NCBI GenBank assembly: GCA_964270895.1
Contig: OZ185440.1
Length of the DNA: 64,000 nt
Source of the DNA: Podarcis filfolensis
Lineage: Eukaryota
Strand: one strand, 5' to 3'
Below the pieces are notes generated by a model that did no database searches, was not told the DNA's origin, and saw only the letters and a program-made list of their open reading frames with translations. Positions 35,504 to 48,322 of the stretch are shown piece after piece (within the stretch, counting starts at the first letter, position 1; the number at the start of each line of letters is the position of its first letter). The position numbers and the translations under genes were made by a program.

Positions 35504-36497
35504 TATTTCCCATAAGCTCAAAACCCCACCCTCACCAAAATTTAAAAGAAAATTTAAAGTTCCCTGAGAATGAAGCAAAAAAATGGAAGCCTCTTTTCAC
35601 AAAGACAGAACACCTTAAAGAAGCTGAAGGTCAGATCCTGGCACAGCATTTAATTTAGATGTCTCATGCCACAGGGAAGATGAAGATAACAAAACATTTA
35701 AAAAAATGGTTTCACCTTTTCTCTCTCCGCAGTAATGAGGTTTTCCATTTGTAAACACACCTCACCCCCCCCCCCCATCAGAGATTTGGTATATGAGTGA
35801 AGGGAGTCTTTTTAAAAAAATAAATGAATTAATCTAATCCTTTTAAAAAGTTAGCATCTGCCACCATATGCTATGGCAGTAAATTCCATGTTAATTATGT
35901 GCTGCGTGTGGAGTCTTTTCTTTTGTCTGAACATACAACCCAAAATGCCCCCACATCCCATGACAGCATCTCAAAGCTGGCGGAAGATATTGCATTCCCA
36001 GGCTCCCAAATATGCTTTTGATGACATATATTTTGAGCTGCAGCTCCTGTTTTGTTTTATGGTGCCAATGCCATATGCCTCATACCAAATCAAGGGCTAT
36101 CTTCCAATATTTGCCTACAGGGAAGTTACATTCAAGGTCGAAGCAGGGGGAAAAGAGGCCTCCCAGTTCATTTTAATAGATTTTATCCACAGGAGGTCCA
36201 GGGCAGCAAGGGGAATCTAGTAATCAATTTTCCCTGGTTAATTTTCTGAAGCAGTCTAGGGCACCACAGGATTCTGCATACATCTGGGAGGTTCAGTTCC
36301 ATATTGAGAGTGGTTTGTGCTACCATTTCTTTTCTTTTTTTATGCTGAGAGAGAGAAACTCATGAATATGAAACCACAAACATAACCTGAAGCTGAACCC
36401 TAATCATGCTTCTGCATTCATTTCCATTGGTTAGATTAGATATACAGTGCCACTCTTAGAGAGTCCCTAGGAACACCTGTTGGTTGTCACAGCTATC

Positions 36498-36685
36498 CAG
36501 CAGCATAGCATGGGTTTTTGGTGCCCGGGGCAGGCATGTAGGCACCAAGGGCGTGGTCACACTGGGGGCAGGGAGTGCTGGCGTGTGGGGTGCAGAGGGC
36601 GAATGGACCCCACTGTGCCTGTTGTTGGGGTGCCTGGTTGTGCCCTCCAGAATTATGCGCCTGGGGCAGCCACACACACCCCATG
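36498..36685. mobile_element. Old CpG-decayed relative of the 7837 hAT element
   Basis: Left end CAGCAGCATAGCATGGG...TGCCCGGGGCAGGC versus CAGCGGCGTAGCGTGGG...ACCCGGGGCAAGGC; CAGCTATC occurs at both 36490-36497 and 36686-36693. Confidence 0.6.
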
Positions 36686-36869
36686 CAGCTATCCAAGAAT
36701 TTGTATCTACTCATAAGGAAGCAAACTTTGAGCAGGTTTTAGCTTTCAGATGTGCACTCTAGCCCATGGCCACTGCTTGGTCCTGCACCTTCATGTGCTG
36801 GCTCTCTCTCAGACTGGGAGGTGGCTTGGCTTCTGCCTCTGAGCCTGGGCTCTCTGTAGAAGATAGCTG

Positions 36870-37169
36870 TGTTAGAATATTCCATTCCACCTTAAGTACA
36901 GGCATGACTGTTGTGTGTCACATGCCTGTTTACATTCCAGCACAGATTGCTGGGAACTTCCGTTTGTGTATAGCTTTTGCTTATGCTTCTTGCTTGGACA
37001 TGAAGGAGAGCAGATATGTTTTCTTTGTCCTGATATACGCTGAATAAACTGCTTGTAAATATGCTTTACACAGCCTCTATCTGCCCTTCTGTTGTGAAGA
37101 GTTTTTTTTTACTCTGCTGGCTTGCGTGCTCATCTTCTGAAGGCTTCTGAAGCTCGAGTCGCAGTTACA
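36870..37169 (+). mobile_element. Probable solo LTR (300 bp)
   Basis: TGTTA...TTACA termini, AATAAA at 37043, flanks AGCTG/TGCTG (4/5). Confidence 0.5.
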
Positions 37170-37423
37170 TGCTGATCCAAGGACCAGAGATCGCCCGGCT
37201 ACCAGCCGGTGAGCTGGGGCCAGCTGGGGGCCTGCCAATTGCCTCCATTTCCTTGGAAGCATACCAACAAGATGCAGCAGCTGGGATGCCATAAGGCCTG
37301 ACAGTCCTGGTTTGGCCCCACCCTTTCCCCTCTATGGTCACCTTCATGGAATTACAGGCCCTCCTCTGATTCCTCTAGTGGGGCCTTGGCAGTTAAAAGC
37401 CCGCACCTATCAAGGTCTGGGTG

Positions 37424-37557
37424 CATGGGTGTAGCCAGGATTTTTGTTGGGGGGAGGCAGGCCTTTTTGGGGGGGGATCTCAGCTATGTATTTTTATTGA
37501 TTTTTATTGATTAAGGGGGACAGCTGCCCCTTCCTGCCCCCCTTGGCTACGCCCATG
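37424..37557. mobile_element. hAT-like MITE (134 bp)
   Basis: TIR CATGGGTGTAGCCA / TGGCTACGCCCATG (13/14); TSD degenerate. Confidence 0.75.
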
Positions 37558-38839
37558 GCTAGGTACCACAGCCACTAGGGTAAATTGCTGTGTGTCCATT
37601 AACTTTATTAATTCAAGTGCAAGCCTTGCACTTACAGGGGTGGGTGGAATCCTTTGATGTAGTACTGTTTAGGACCCAACAGATATCGCAAGAAGATGGA
37701 TATAGCTATCAAACCCAGGGGGTTCAAAAGCGAAGAGCTGCTACTCTTGTTGCTATTGCAGCACTTTGTGCTCTTAAGTATGGATGCAGCTGGGATTCAA
37801 AAAGAATGGGTTCAGGATACAAGCTTTGCCAGTGTTTAATACCTGGGAATATTCCAGGGAGAGCTCTTGTGCTGAAATTCTTCATCTCGGTTGACATTTG
37901 AAATTGAGATTGTTCCAAGTTTATGTGCCGATTTGGCTCGGCATTCATCAACTTGACATGCCACTAAAATCTGGCAGCCACCGTTAGCACATGCTCACAA
38001 GTTGATTACCTTAACCCAATGAAACTGTGCTGAGTTGCCGAAACTGCCTTGAGCTTTCTTCCTCTTTCTTTCTTTCTTTATTTGTAATGGAAATCTCATT
38101 TACAGAACATCACCTTTCTACCAACAATAAAGTTTGAAAAAGCCAGGTATGCCTCGAGGGCACCTAGCATGCAAATGTGACTTTTAAAGCAGTGCGCACA
38201 TCCAATCATTGTTTTGGTTCTGTTATTTATTTAAAAAAATGCTTCTGAATTACACAGCCTTTGCACACTGCTGCGCTTCAATTCCCAAGGAGCTGTGTAC
38301 AAGTGCACATGCATCCCAGAACCTTAGTATGGATGCAGAAGAATTACAAGCCGACAAAAACACACACAACAGCAGCAGCAGCAACAAATAAGAACAAACA
38401 CTTGATAATACTGATGATCTCCCAAGCATTCTCCAATGATGCTCACAATAGCTGGTCCATTTCTGAACCGAGCTTCAGTGAGTTTGTCCATAACTAACAA
38501 TGACTGCAACAATATCTGCTCATGTGCCAGAGCCATTTCTCAGCTCCATTTACAGATGCAGGTGACATACAATTCCCAAGAGGGTGAGGAACTACAGTTC
38601 TGTTAGGATCAACTGAAAATGGCACCAGACAAAGCAGGAGCAGGGGGTTAGAAGCATGGAGGGGCAAGGGACAGTATTTGGGGACAGGAAACAACTGCCC
38701 CCCAATATAAACAAACCACACTGCAACCAACAGATTGCAACAAACCAAGCTCTTGACCTTTCAATCTCTTTCAACACCAACATGTGTGTGTGTGTGTGTA
38801 GGACCTACCTCTGTGATGCTGACACACCACCCCTGCAAA

Positions 38840-39060
38840 CATTATGCAATAGAACCAAATATTATTATTCCCCATCTCTCCCCCCCTCTCTTTCGTCCAA
38901 CTGCATAACGTCTATGACAACAGTGTCTCATAACGAATGTAAACAAACTGTGAAAAAGACTCAATGAACTGAAAGTGGAGAGACAATATCTACTTTTCTT
39001 TGTATGTTTGTTTGTTTTCTTACACAATAAAATATTTAATAAAAACTAATTTTAAAAAAA
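38840..39060 (+). mobile_element. Probable L1-type 3' UTR with poly(A)
   Basis: C-rich tract, then AATAAA-containing A-rich end; no coding remnant, so the assignment is weak. Confidence 0.4.
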
Positions 39061-39298
39061 TCAGATGCTCTGCCACTGAGCTGTGGTGCTTTCCCTGGTA
39101 CAGAAAGAAGTGAAATAAGTAAAACAGAAAGACAGGCAGATATATACAGTGAACAAACTGGCTCACATTACTGAATGTTAGAAATAAAAATCAGCCCTGG
39201 GTCTGAAAAGGTTAAACTTCACGGATGTAATGGCTGTAAGTTGCGTTTTTCAGTTAGCCACTGGGTGGTGCTCAACTGCAATTCAAATGTTTCTACTG

Positions 39299-39429
39299 NN
39301 NNNNNNNNNNNNNNNNNNNNNNNNNNNNNNNNNNNNNNNNNNNNNNNNNNNNNNNNNNNNNNNNNNNNNNNNNNNNNNNNNNNNNNNNNNNNNNNNNNNN
39401 NNNNNNNNNNNNNNNNNNNNNNNNNNNNN
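39299..39429. other. Assembly gap (131 N)
   Basis: Run of N. Confidence 1.
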
Positions 39430-39801
39430 ATATAGAAAAGCCTGCAACTCCTTCAAGCCTCTGCAACCAGAAATCCAGATCCAGACCATTTACAGCTCTT
39501 CCTTTTCCCTTCCTCTCACATCAGTGTGACTTCTACCAGGGAATTTCTACAGAAAAAGGTGATCCAAGCTGTCCACAATTTCGAAAAATGAGGCACAATT
39601 GTGAGGAAGCACAATTCAGCCACTTGATACTATTATTGAAGTTGACTTCACAGCGGCATTCCTAAAATTCTGCCTGTTACATTTCCCCCTTATCTGTTTG
39701 CAGCTTTTCGAAGGGTTTGGAAAGCTGAATGGTATTGACAGTACTGATACGCCTCACTCCTGGTTTTCAAAGGGATTTCTCTGTCTGTCTCTCTTTGAAG
39801 A

Positions 39802-39895
39802 ATCTGAAGAAGTGTGCATGCACACAAAAGCTCATACCAATAACAAACTTAGTTGGTCTCTAAGGTGTTACCGGAATGAAAGTTTTTTTATTCTC
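39802..39895 (+). mobile_element. Penelope-like terminal repeat fragment
   Basis: CTGAAGAAGTGTGCATGCACACAAAAGCTCATACCAATAACAAACTTAGTTGGTCTCTAAGGTG matches the 27977 and 57912 copies. Confidence 0.8.
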
Positions 39896-40009
39896 TCTGT
39901 TTCACTCCCGGCTTTCTGGAGAGATTTTTTAATAAAATGAATTTTACCAGCCTTTCTTTCTTTCTTAAAATAAGCAAAATAATTCACAGTGCCTGTGAAC
40001 TGGAGTACA

Positions 40010-40120
40010 CAAGAAGAGCCCGCATGGACCAGACCAAACGGCCATTCTGCCCAGCATCTTGTTCTCACAATGACAAACCAGATGCCTAAGGACGCCCACA
40101 GTTGGGTCATAAACATATAG
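40010..40120 (-). mobile_element. Degraded CR1-type 3' end
   Basis: AAGAAGAGCCCGCATGGACCAGACCAAACGGCCATTCTGCCCAGCATC, reverse complement of the 15.7-kb type tail. Confidence 0.55.
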
Positions 40121-40159
40121 CGCTGGCTACCAATTAGTTTCTGGGCTCTATTCAAAGTC

Positions 40160-40430
40160 CTGGTTTTGAACCATAAAGCTTATGCAGCTCAGAAGCACAA
40201 CACCTCACGGACTACCTCTCTCCATATGAACCAGCCCAGACCCTGCAGTCTTCATTAGTGGCTCTTCTCTGCATCTCTCACTCAAGGGAGGTGTGGAGGA
40301 TGATCATGAAAAAGGGCCTTTCAGTGGTGGCTCCCCCATCTGTAGAATGCTGTGAAAACACAAGTGGCACCAACATTATCAGTTTTTAAGCGCTAGGCTA
40401 AGACATTATATTAACTCAGGCCTTGGGTAA
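40160..40430 (+). mobile_element. Degraded L2-clade 3' fragment
   Basis: ACCTCACGGACTACCTCTCTCCATATGAACCAGCCCAGACCCTG...AGGGCCTTTCAGTGGTGGCTCCC parallels the L2 copy at 377. Confidence 0.6.
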
Positions 40431-43400
40431 GTAAGCTGGGCTTAATGGTGGTACTCATCTTTTAGTGGGATGTGTAAGATTTTCCCCTATGATGTTACTG
40501 AACAAGCTGTCATAATCATCACCATAATCTTATTGCACATATATTGCTAGCAGGTAAAAAAAAAGTCCTGTTAACACATACATGAGCTGAGCTTTCATTC
40601 ATTTTTAATTTTTATTATCTTATATTGCAGTTTTATTTATTTATTTATTTTTAAATACTCTCCCCTCACCATTCATTTCTTTAAATTGAGGTCAATATGG
40701 GTTTAGGCTAAAGCAGCCATTTTACTCATGAGGCAAAACGAGTAATTTAAAACAAAGGACCAGGTTTTGTTGAGTTTACATACACACTAAAAATGTAAAA
40801 TGAGACAAACAATAAAAATGAGGTACTTATTTTAACTACGCTTAACTAGAGATGGAACTTGCAGACAGGTCAATAATTATGTTATAATAAGACTTGCAGA
40901 ATCTGCCTTCTTGACCATTGGATCCACTGTTGGTCTTGTCTGCTCAATCTGCTAGACCCTGTTTTCTCATGCACTGGATGTCCCTAACTCACCCAGGGTT
41001 TGAGACCCATTGGCTACCCTGACCTGGTTTAGCTAACCGGTTGATGCTGTTTCCCAGGGTGTGGCTGCTGTTGCATACTGACAGCTTCTAGGAGCCACAG
41101 GTGAGAACTGAATGCAGGGTGGGGACCAAAGGTAGACCAACTACCCCAGAAGAAGTATGACTTGTCCCCCACCAGAGGTTCTACCCATCCCTTAACACCC
41201 CCCACACCCCTATACCTAATGAGCTAGCATTATTATAAAGTTTGGGGCCATTAAGATTTGCAGAACAGTCAACACTGCTTGAAGCACTCAGAGTCCATGT
41301 TAAATGTTCGATTGAGAAAGGTGGGCTGGAGCAGGCCCACTCTTCCCTGTGATTTCCCGGTGATCCATGAATGTTTATTGGGATATCATGTCTCTGACCC
41401 AGCAGTGGGACTGAAGCCAACTTATATAAAAAGATACCCTTATACCCTGACAAAGTTTGCAGAGACCGGATCCTGCTGTATGTATGCTTTACATTTCAAA
41501 TTGCAGGGCTCTTTGTGGGAGTTGTATGTAATGCAGTTCAATATTTATTTGCCTTAGTTTTACAATTATGATGCAGAGACAAAAAGATCCTCAGACTCAG
41601 GAACTAGTCTCAATAATTTGAATTTGTATTCCTATATACACACACATTCACGTTTATGCATACAACCCGCATTGCTCCTTGAGTAGCTTTGCTAAACTGT
41701 GCATTTTATTCCTATATCAGCAAACTGTTGAACAACTGCTTCTGTCATATCATTCAGCTGAACACCCTGGATTTCGGCAAATGTATTCTCACTGAAATCC
41801 ACTGAAATAAACTGATTAAGCAGAATCAGCAGGATTTAAGCTAAGCATGGGTTGTATTCAACTACCTTCTCTTCAAAGTACACCCTTTGAAATTAATGGT
41901 CCTAAGTTAGTCATGGCCAGTAACACCACTGAGTTTGCTCTGAGTGGCAGTTAGCTGAATAAAGCCCTAGAGAATTCGTGATTGAGATTGAGACAGCCTT
42001 TCACCTACCTAAAGAACCTTTATGGATGATGGCTGATGTCTCTTCTGAGTCATGAAATGCTTTCACAGGGGGAGGATGGACAGAGAGCAAGTTGTGCCTA
42101 GTCATATAGATAGTATCTCACATTCATTCCAAAATGCTGGCAGGTGTGCCAGGGAAAGCTCCTTGAGGCTCATTGGCACTATCTGAAAAGGCAACATCAA
42201 TCAAAGTTTTCAGTTCCTGCATAGGAAGTAAAAATAATTGCCCTGTTATTTATTACTTTTGAAAAGTTTCATTTCAGCCAACAGGACCTTTAGAAAAAGT
42301 TTTTGTATTTGTGGATACTGGATCTGCGGCTTGAGATGTGTGTGTGTGTTTGTGTATGTGTGTTGCAGGGGTTGGGGAGAGAATGGCAGAGCTATTTTTG
42401 TATTAAATATTGGCCCAAGCCAATCTTGTATTTTTATTTTCACCAGACTGTGAATGTGAATGTGCTTCAGATTGGAGCAGATTCCCATGTTATTACATCT
42501 ACAGCCCTGGAGAAATTGCAGGTGTGGGTTTCTTAAGCCACACATCCCATAACTGTGAGGTGGCCTGTATTAAAATATTGGAAAGGACCTCACAGTGCAT
42601 ATGGCCACATCTATTGCTAATGCAGAAAATCCATTGTGCTGCATCCCTGATAGATGGCTATGCAATCTCTTCCTAAAAACGAACTTAATAAAAATGAAGG
42701 ATAGTTCATCACATTTTGAGTCAGTCCCCTTGTTAAGCAAGCTTGTACCATTAGGCAGTTCTTATTGTTTAGTCTAAATTCTTTTTCCTGTAATTAAAAC
42801 CCATTGCTACATATCCTACCCTCTGTTGCAATGAAAAAGCAGTTCTTTTTCATCGATTCATGTGACAGCCCTGCAAATATTCAGAGGTTAAAAGCAACTC
42901 ATCTTCTGTACTTTTACATTGTTACATCTCCATTATTGATTATTCCTAATTCTGTTGTATTACACATTACTAGTGCTGTAAATAGGTAATTGAGCAAATG
43001 GTTGGCTTGCACCAGTAGTGTCCTGTCAGAAAAAGGGCCATCTATGAGATTGTGGATTCCTACCCCCACAAGACTAGAAACACGGGAAGATGTGACTCTT
43101 CTGGCAATGGAAAAATAGTTGCAATCTTTCATGCAGCGAGACTTTCCCCACCCCACTCTGGTTAATGTTGAAGACATGAATTGGTAAATCCAATTTGCAC
43201 AAGTCTGAACTTCTTCTGCCTGGCAGAAGAGAGTTGTACAGCTGGCAATAAGCTTTTGTGCAAGAGCCTTCAAATGTATCCCGAGGCTTTCCAGAGTAGC
43301 TGCAGTGGGTCATTTCTGTGAAGCCATGCTGAGCTCTGGAGGTGCTCTGAGCAACTTCCAGGGATCTGCATGACCGTGAAGGTAAACCCTCACTTCCCTC

Positions 43401-43574
43401 TCCTGCTTGGAAATGGGTGCAGCAGGTGGGACTTCTGAAAGACATCTTGTTGTTTTCCAAATCCCACAAGTGTAGCATTGCATCTGGGAGAGGGTTCATT
43501 AGGTGAATCCTTCTCCGATACTTGTGCATGTTAATGTGCCATGCATACATACAGGCTTCCTCAATTTTTGAAGG

Positions 43575-44435
43575 CCAAATCCATAGGAAAACCCCAAGTT
43601 GAAACTCACAGGTGGTACCTAACACCAAGGAAACTAATGCTAATGCTGGAGAGGCTGCACCTCCACAGGCACATACCTCCCCATGTGGTGGGAATGCCCC
43701 AAAATCCAACTATTCTGGACAACAACCATATGAGAAATATGCAAAACAACTAAGCAAGTATTAGAAGTCACCCCAGAACTGGCCCTACTAAACATCTTCC
43801 AAGATAATAATGCCTACTCACATCATAAAGAGCTCATAACCCACCTACTCTCAGTAGCCAAAAACATCATAGCCTGACACTGGAGAGACCTATCAGAAAT
43901 AAGCATGGACCAATGGTACCAAATAGTATGGAAAACAGTCTTATTAGAAAAACTAACCAATAAACTGAAACTGACACGGGGACAAATAGAAGAAGAGGCT
44001 CCCCTTTATCACATACACAGCCCAACAAGACAACGACAAGTATCCACCAACAGCATACGAATCAATATGGCTAGCCTGATACAAAAACACCCACCCACCC
44101 CACTCACACATGAAAACAAAGTTCACCACAGCCAATCACAAACAAACAACCACACCCTAGGCCAACCCCAACCTCTCTCACCACTAAAGGAACACAAGCA
44201 AATAGTAAAGAGAACCTGCACAAGTGATGTGGACACAAAACCCCACACATACATTAAGTAGAATAGAAGCATTGCCACCCGACCCCAATCCCACCTCTTT
44301 CCCCCCTTTCTTCCTAATGTAACATTAATGTCCCAACAAATGAAGTTGATCTGTATAAAATGTAACTTGAAAGAAGAGACACTGCAATACTTTTGTAAAC
44401 CAAGAAATCTTTAATAAAAAATACAGTTAAAAAAA
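43575..44435 (+). mobile_element. L1-clade LINE 3' end (ORF2 C-terminus plus 3' UTR)
   Basis: Disrupted translations HRWYLTP, GTYLPMWWECPKIQLFW and MDQWYQIVWKTVLLEKLT; AATAAA at 44413 and an A-rich tail. Confidence 0.88.
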
Positions 44436-46361
44436 GAGAGGAAAACCCCAAGTGAGAACAATCTAAAAGTCCAGGGGCTCATGATACACCCAAAGGCTAT
44501 GAAGTTGTGGCGCATGTGGTGGAATGAAGCCCTGGAGCCACCTACCAACACCTGCATCACTGCAACTTTCCTGGATATACCTGGGGTGGGGTAGTGATGA
44601 GGCCAGGGCATCATAAGTGCAATGGTGGGACCAATCTGGAGCTTCCGTTGCTGTACCCATGCAGCCCCAATCTGCCCCACCTGAGCACTGTCTAGGTAAG
44701 CAATAGCAACACCAGCATCTGGAGGGCAGCTCCACAGCATTACCTTACCACACATGCCACTACCTGTAAACTTCCTGACATCACATTGAGCTCTGGTGGT
44801 GAGCTGGCAGGCACTTGCCTTCAAGCATGCCTTGTTTTGCAGCAGAAATGTGGCATAAATGCCTTGTTTTGCAGCGGTAGGCTAATCTCTCTTCCTCCTC
44901 CCACCCTGTACAATGGTGGCAACTTCTAAACACGTCGACACCGTGTGGTCCACATACATACCGCAACCCGATAAAAACTGATTGAACTTAACTACTTCAA
45001 TAAATAGTCCCTTGCATTTTTTTATTATTAAAAAAAAGGGCAGCAAAGAAATGTTGTATCATCCCGCTTGCTTTCTCCAGGTTATTAATAGTAGAATCCT
45101 GTGCCTGGCTTACAATGTGAGGAGAGAAATTCTATCATCCCAGGACCAATCATATCATTTTCGAGGCCATTAAAGCCATGTTACAAATGAAGGAAGTTTT
45201 TTTTTTTTTTTAAAAAAAAGAGGCTTGGCCTTCTGCATGCAGTACATTTTTGTATAAACCACGATCTGCGTTAAATCTTCTTGACACATCCAGAGTGCCT
45301 TAAGACACATTTCTGACAATAGGCATCAACTTGTTATAAATCACATGATTAGAGACAACATTTGTGGTTTGGAAAGAGCTGGGGGGCAAGGATATTCAGA
45401 TCTTGAGTGATAGCTCTGCAACTCAATATAAGGCAAACAAGTCAACCCTCCCTCTTAATTAATTTATGTATTACACTTCTATCCTCCTGATTTTCTTTTT
45501 TGGAGGTCAAAGAGCTTTATCGGTTGCAGGAGGCTTCTAAAACATTTGCTATTGTTACAGAAACACAGCTTGCTCAAAACTATGGAACATAATTTTTTCC
45601 CCTGGCTTGCAGGGAGAACTTGAAACCTGTCAAAAACTAAGTTGCATTATTTTTGCATTACCTCAGAGAAGAATGAATTCTTAGAAAACCCAGTCTTGGA
45701 GCAAACAGGCATCTTTTTTTTTCCACCTCAGAGGAGAGAATTTCTTAAACTTCAGGAAGTAATATCCATTTGGGGTAAATGAAAATATAGAACAAGAGCC
45801 TCAAAGACATGTTTATGAAGTATTTCTACAATACAGGTTATAAGTTAGCCACAGAGTAAGTTTTACTTTTAGGGAGTTCGATCATCAAGTGGTTTTGAAG
45901 TTGAGGTCAGGGTATTTGACAACAGAGCTTGGAAATGTGAAGCTATTCTTACTTGAAGAGACTGACCCAGTTGGAGTTGAGAGCCAAAATTTGCACCCTG
46001 AAGCAGGCTGGATTGCAGGGTTCAAAAAAGAAAGGAAGAAAATATGTCAAAACTTTTCACTGGGGATGAACTGGCCATTCTTCAGCATTGTGCATCTTTG
46101 TTTTCTGCATAACACCAGTCACAGGCTCTTGTGGCACCTCTGACCAGCACTGCTCAACCAGCCATCTCCCTTTGGTCTTTTCTGAGGGAAACACGGCTGT
46201 GGTGTGTGGGTTTCATGATGGTGGTCAGAGGCAGCTGGGGCATTTCCCACCAGCGTCATACCTCTAACCACTCTCACACAGGTTTCTCAGTCTGGAAATG
46301 TATGTTGTGAAACACTGGCCAGAGGCATTCCAGTTTTGCATATCCAAATGAAATGGCCTAA

Positions 46362-46434
46362 AGTGCCTGGCGCACTCTGGTCCATGGGGTCACGAAGAGT
46401 CGGACACGACTAAACGACTAAACAACAACAACAA
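46362..46434 (+). mobile_element. BovB (RTE) extreme 3' end
   Basis: GTGCCTGGCGCACTCTGGTCCATGGGGTCACGAAGAGTCGGACACGACTAAACGACTAAACAACAAC. Confidence 0.92.
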
Positions 46435-48151
46435 AGTGGCTGGTGAGGGAGAGGTCTACCCCACATTCCAAGGACCTTTGGGGCAACAGGGTCCTTGCCA
46501 TTTTGGGTGTGTGGCCTTTCTTTCCTCCCTATGCAAACTGTTGGCGATAGCTACAACCACTTGCAATTCATTTCCCCTTCCACAGGTTAATGCCTTTTAG
46601 ACTTGGAGAAGGAGAGGATTCCCATAAAGGAGAAGCAGAGGGTAAATTGATATTTTCGAGTGTTCGTATTAAACATTCACAAGGCCTTATTTATTTGGGG
46701 GACGTGTAGAGATATGAACACACATTTCTACTGAACTTTGCTCCAAGTTGTATTTGGTGAGAGGTTTCCATAAAGTCAGTAGCAGATGGGTGTGTGGGGC
46801 GGCAGCGCTTAACCTGTCCTCCCAGCAGTGCAGTCAACTGTTGGATGGAGAATATGAACGACAAGGTGGTGGAGAGGTTGGTGCTGTGTGAACGCATCAG
46901 CAAAGCCAATGCGACACTCCCGCTGGTGCGTTTGCACAGTGCTGACCTTCCCACTATCTTGCTCCTCCCACTCTTCTTCCCAGTTAGCAGCAGTGATTCT
47001 GCATTGGGAGGCCCCAACCTCATAATCCACTACTGCATTCAGTGGAAATGAACTGGAACAGAACCTGTCCTTACAAGAATCCAGCATGTCCTACTACCAT
47101 TCAAGGAGGTTTCTCAATGATGCAGTTTTTGTTGCACTTATGCAGGACCCATGTCACCACATGGGTGTGACATGGTGATAGAATTGCAGTACACCGGGGT
47201 AGAAGTCTTTTGCCAATGGCAGTCTATAAGGCAGAAGGGTCTCCAGAATGCTTTGGAACCTTAAAATGTATTGACGTGCAGTTTAATCAGGGACTCCCTT
47301 AGGAAGTGCAGGTATTCAAACTATAGTGGTTGCCCTCTCAAGCAGAATGTCGAGATGTGCCTCAGCAAATAGCTTATGTAGACATTTCCAAGTATAATGC
47401 GTTTTCCACATTTGAAAACACAGCGCCAAGGAACAGACCCATTAACATCCACGCCTTGTTTCAAAAGTGGTCAGATAGAACTTTGTGCTCCTGTGTTTCT
47501 CCATAGTCTCAGTTTTCATAGGTGATTATTGTTTCATAATGAAAGAAAAAGAAAGCGACGGTATCTCTCAAAATTCTGTTTGGAAGCACAGCCAAGTGCC
47601 AAGATTTTGAACTTCATTAGCAGCTTGTTTATAGAAATGGGTTACTTAACCACAAAATAAATTGCTGTGCTGATAATTTGTTAAACTGTTTAGGGAGCCA
47701 TGAGTGCGGTCAAGCACACGGCATCCTGGAGCTGTTAATCACCTGTCATCAGGTTCTTCTGCAGCTAAGGCTCTTGTTGATGGGGAGAGCAATAAAACAA
47801 GGAACATTAATAGACCTTTAAAAAGCATCAGTCAGGACAAGGGAGCTGCAGAAATCTGCTCTTTGAATTAAACCAGGTCTTGTTCATACCAAATCAAATT
47901 GTTGTCAATAATAAGGCAGAATCTTCACTTATATAACTTTCAGACTACTGTGTTGTTGTTGTTGTTTTAAAAATATGTTTTTTGTTTGACACAGTAAATG
48001 ATATTGATGGTTAATTCACGTCAAAGCATCACAAATAAAATAATGACTTTTTTTTAGCTGAGCTGATTCTGCATTTCTTCAGAGTTATTTCTCAGCCTAT
48101 CCCAAAAGATGGAGAAACTTGGTGTTGCTTTTCATTTTGATACTCCAACAG

Positions 48152-48322
48152 GGACACAGGAAGCTGTGTCAGACTATTGGTCCATCTAGTTCAGTGTTGC
48201 CTGTCTGCACTGACCGACAGTGGGTCTCCAGGGTTACAGACAAGGTGTCTCCCCCAAACCTATCTGGAGATGCCAGGGACCTTAGGCATGCAAGAGAGAT
48301 GCTCTGTTGCTGAGCTTCAGCC
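48152..48322 (-). mobile_element. tRNA-derived squamate SINE (Squam3-like)
   Basis: On the minus strand, a tRNA-like head (GCTCAGCAACAGAGCATCTCTCTTGCATGC...CCCTGGCATCTCCAG) is followed by GAACTAGATGGACCAATAGTCTGAC. Confidence 0.7.

Noticed and set aside
39175-39529. ORFs spanning the N run
   Set aside because: Artefacts of translating through the assembly gap.
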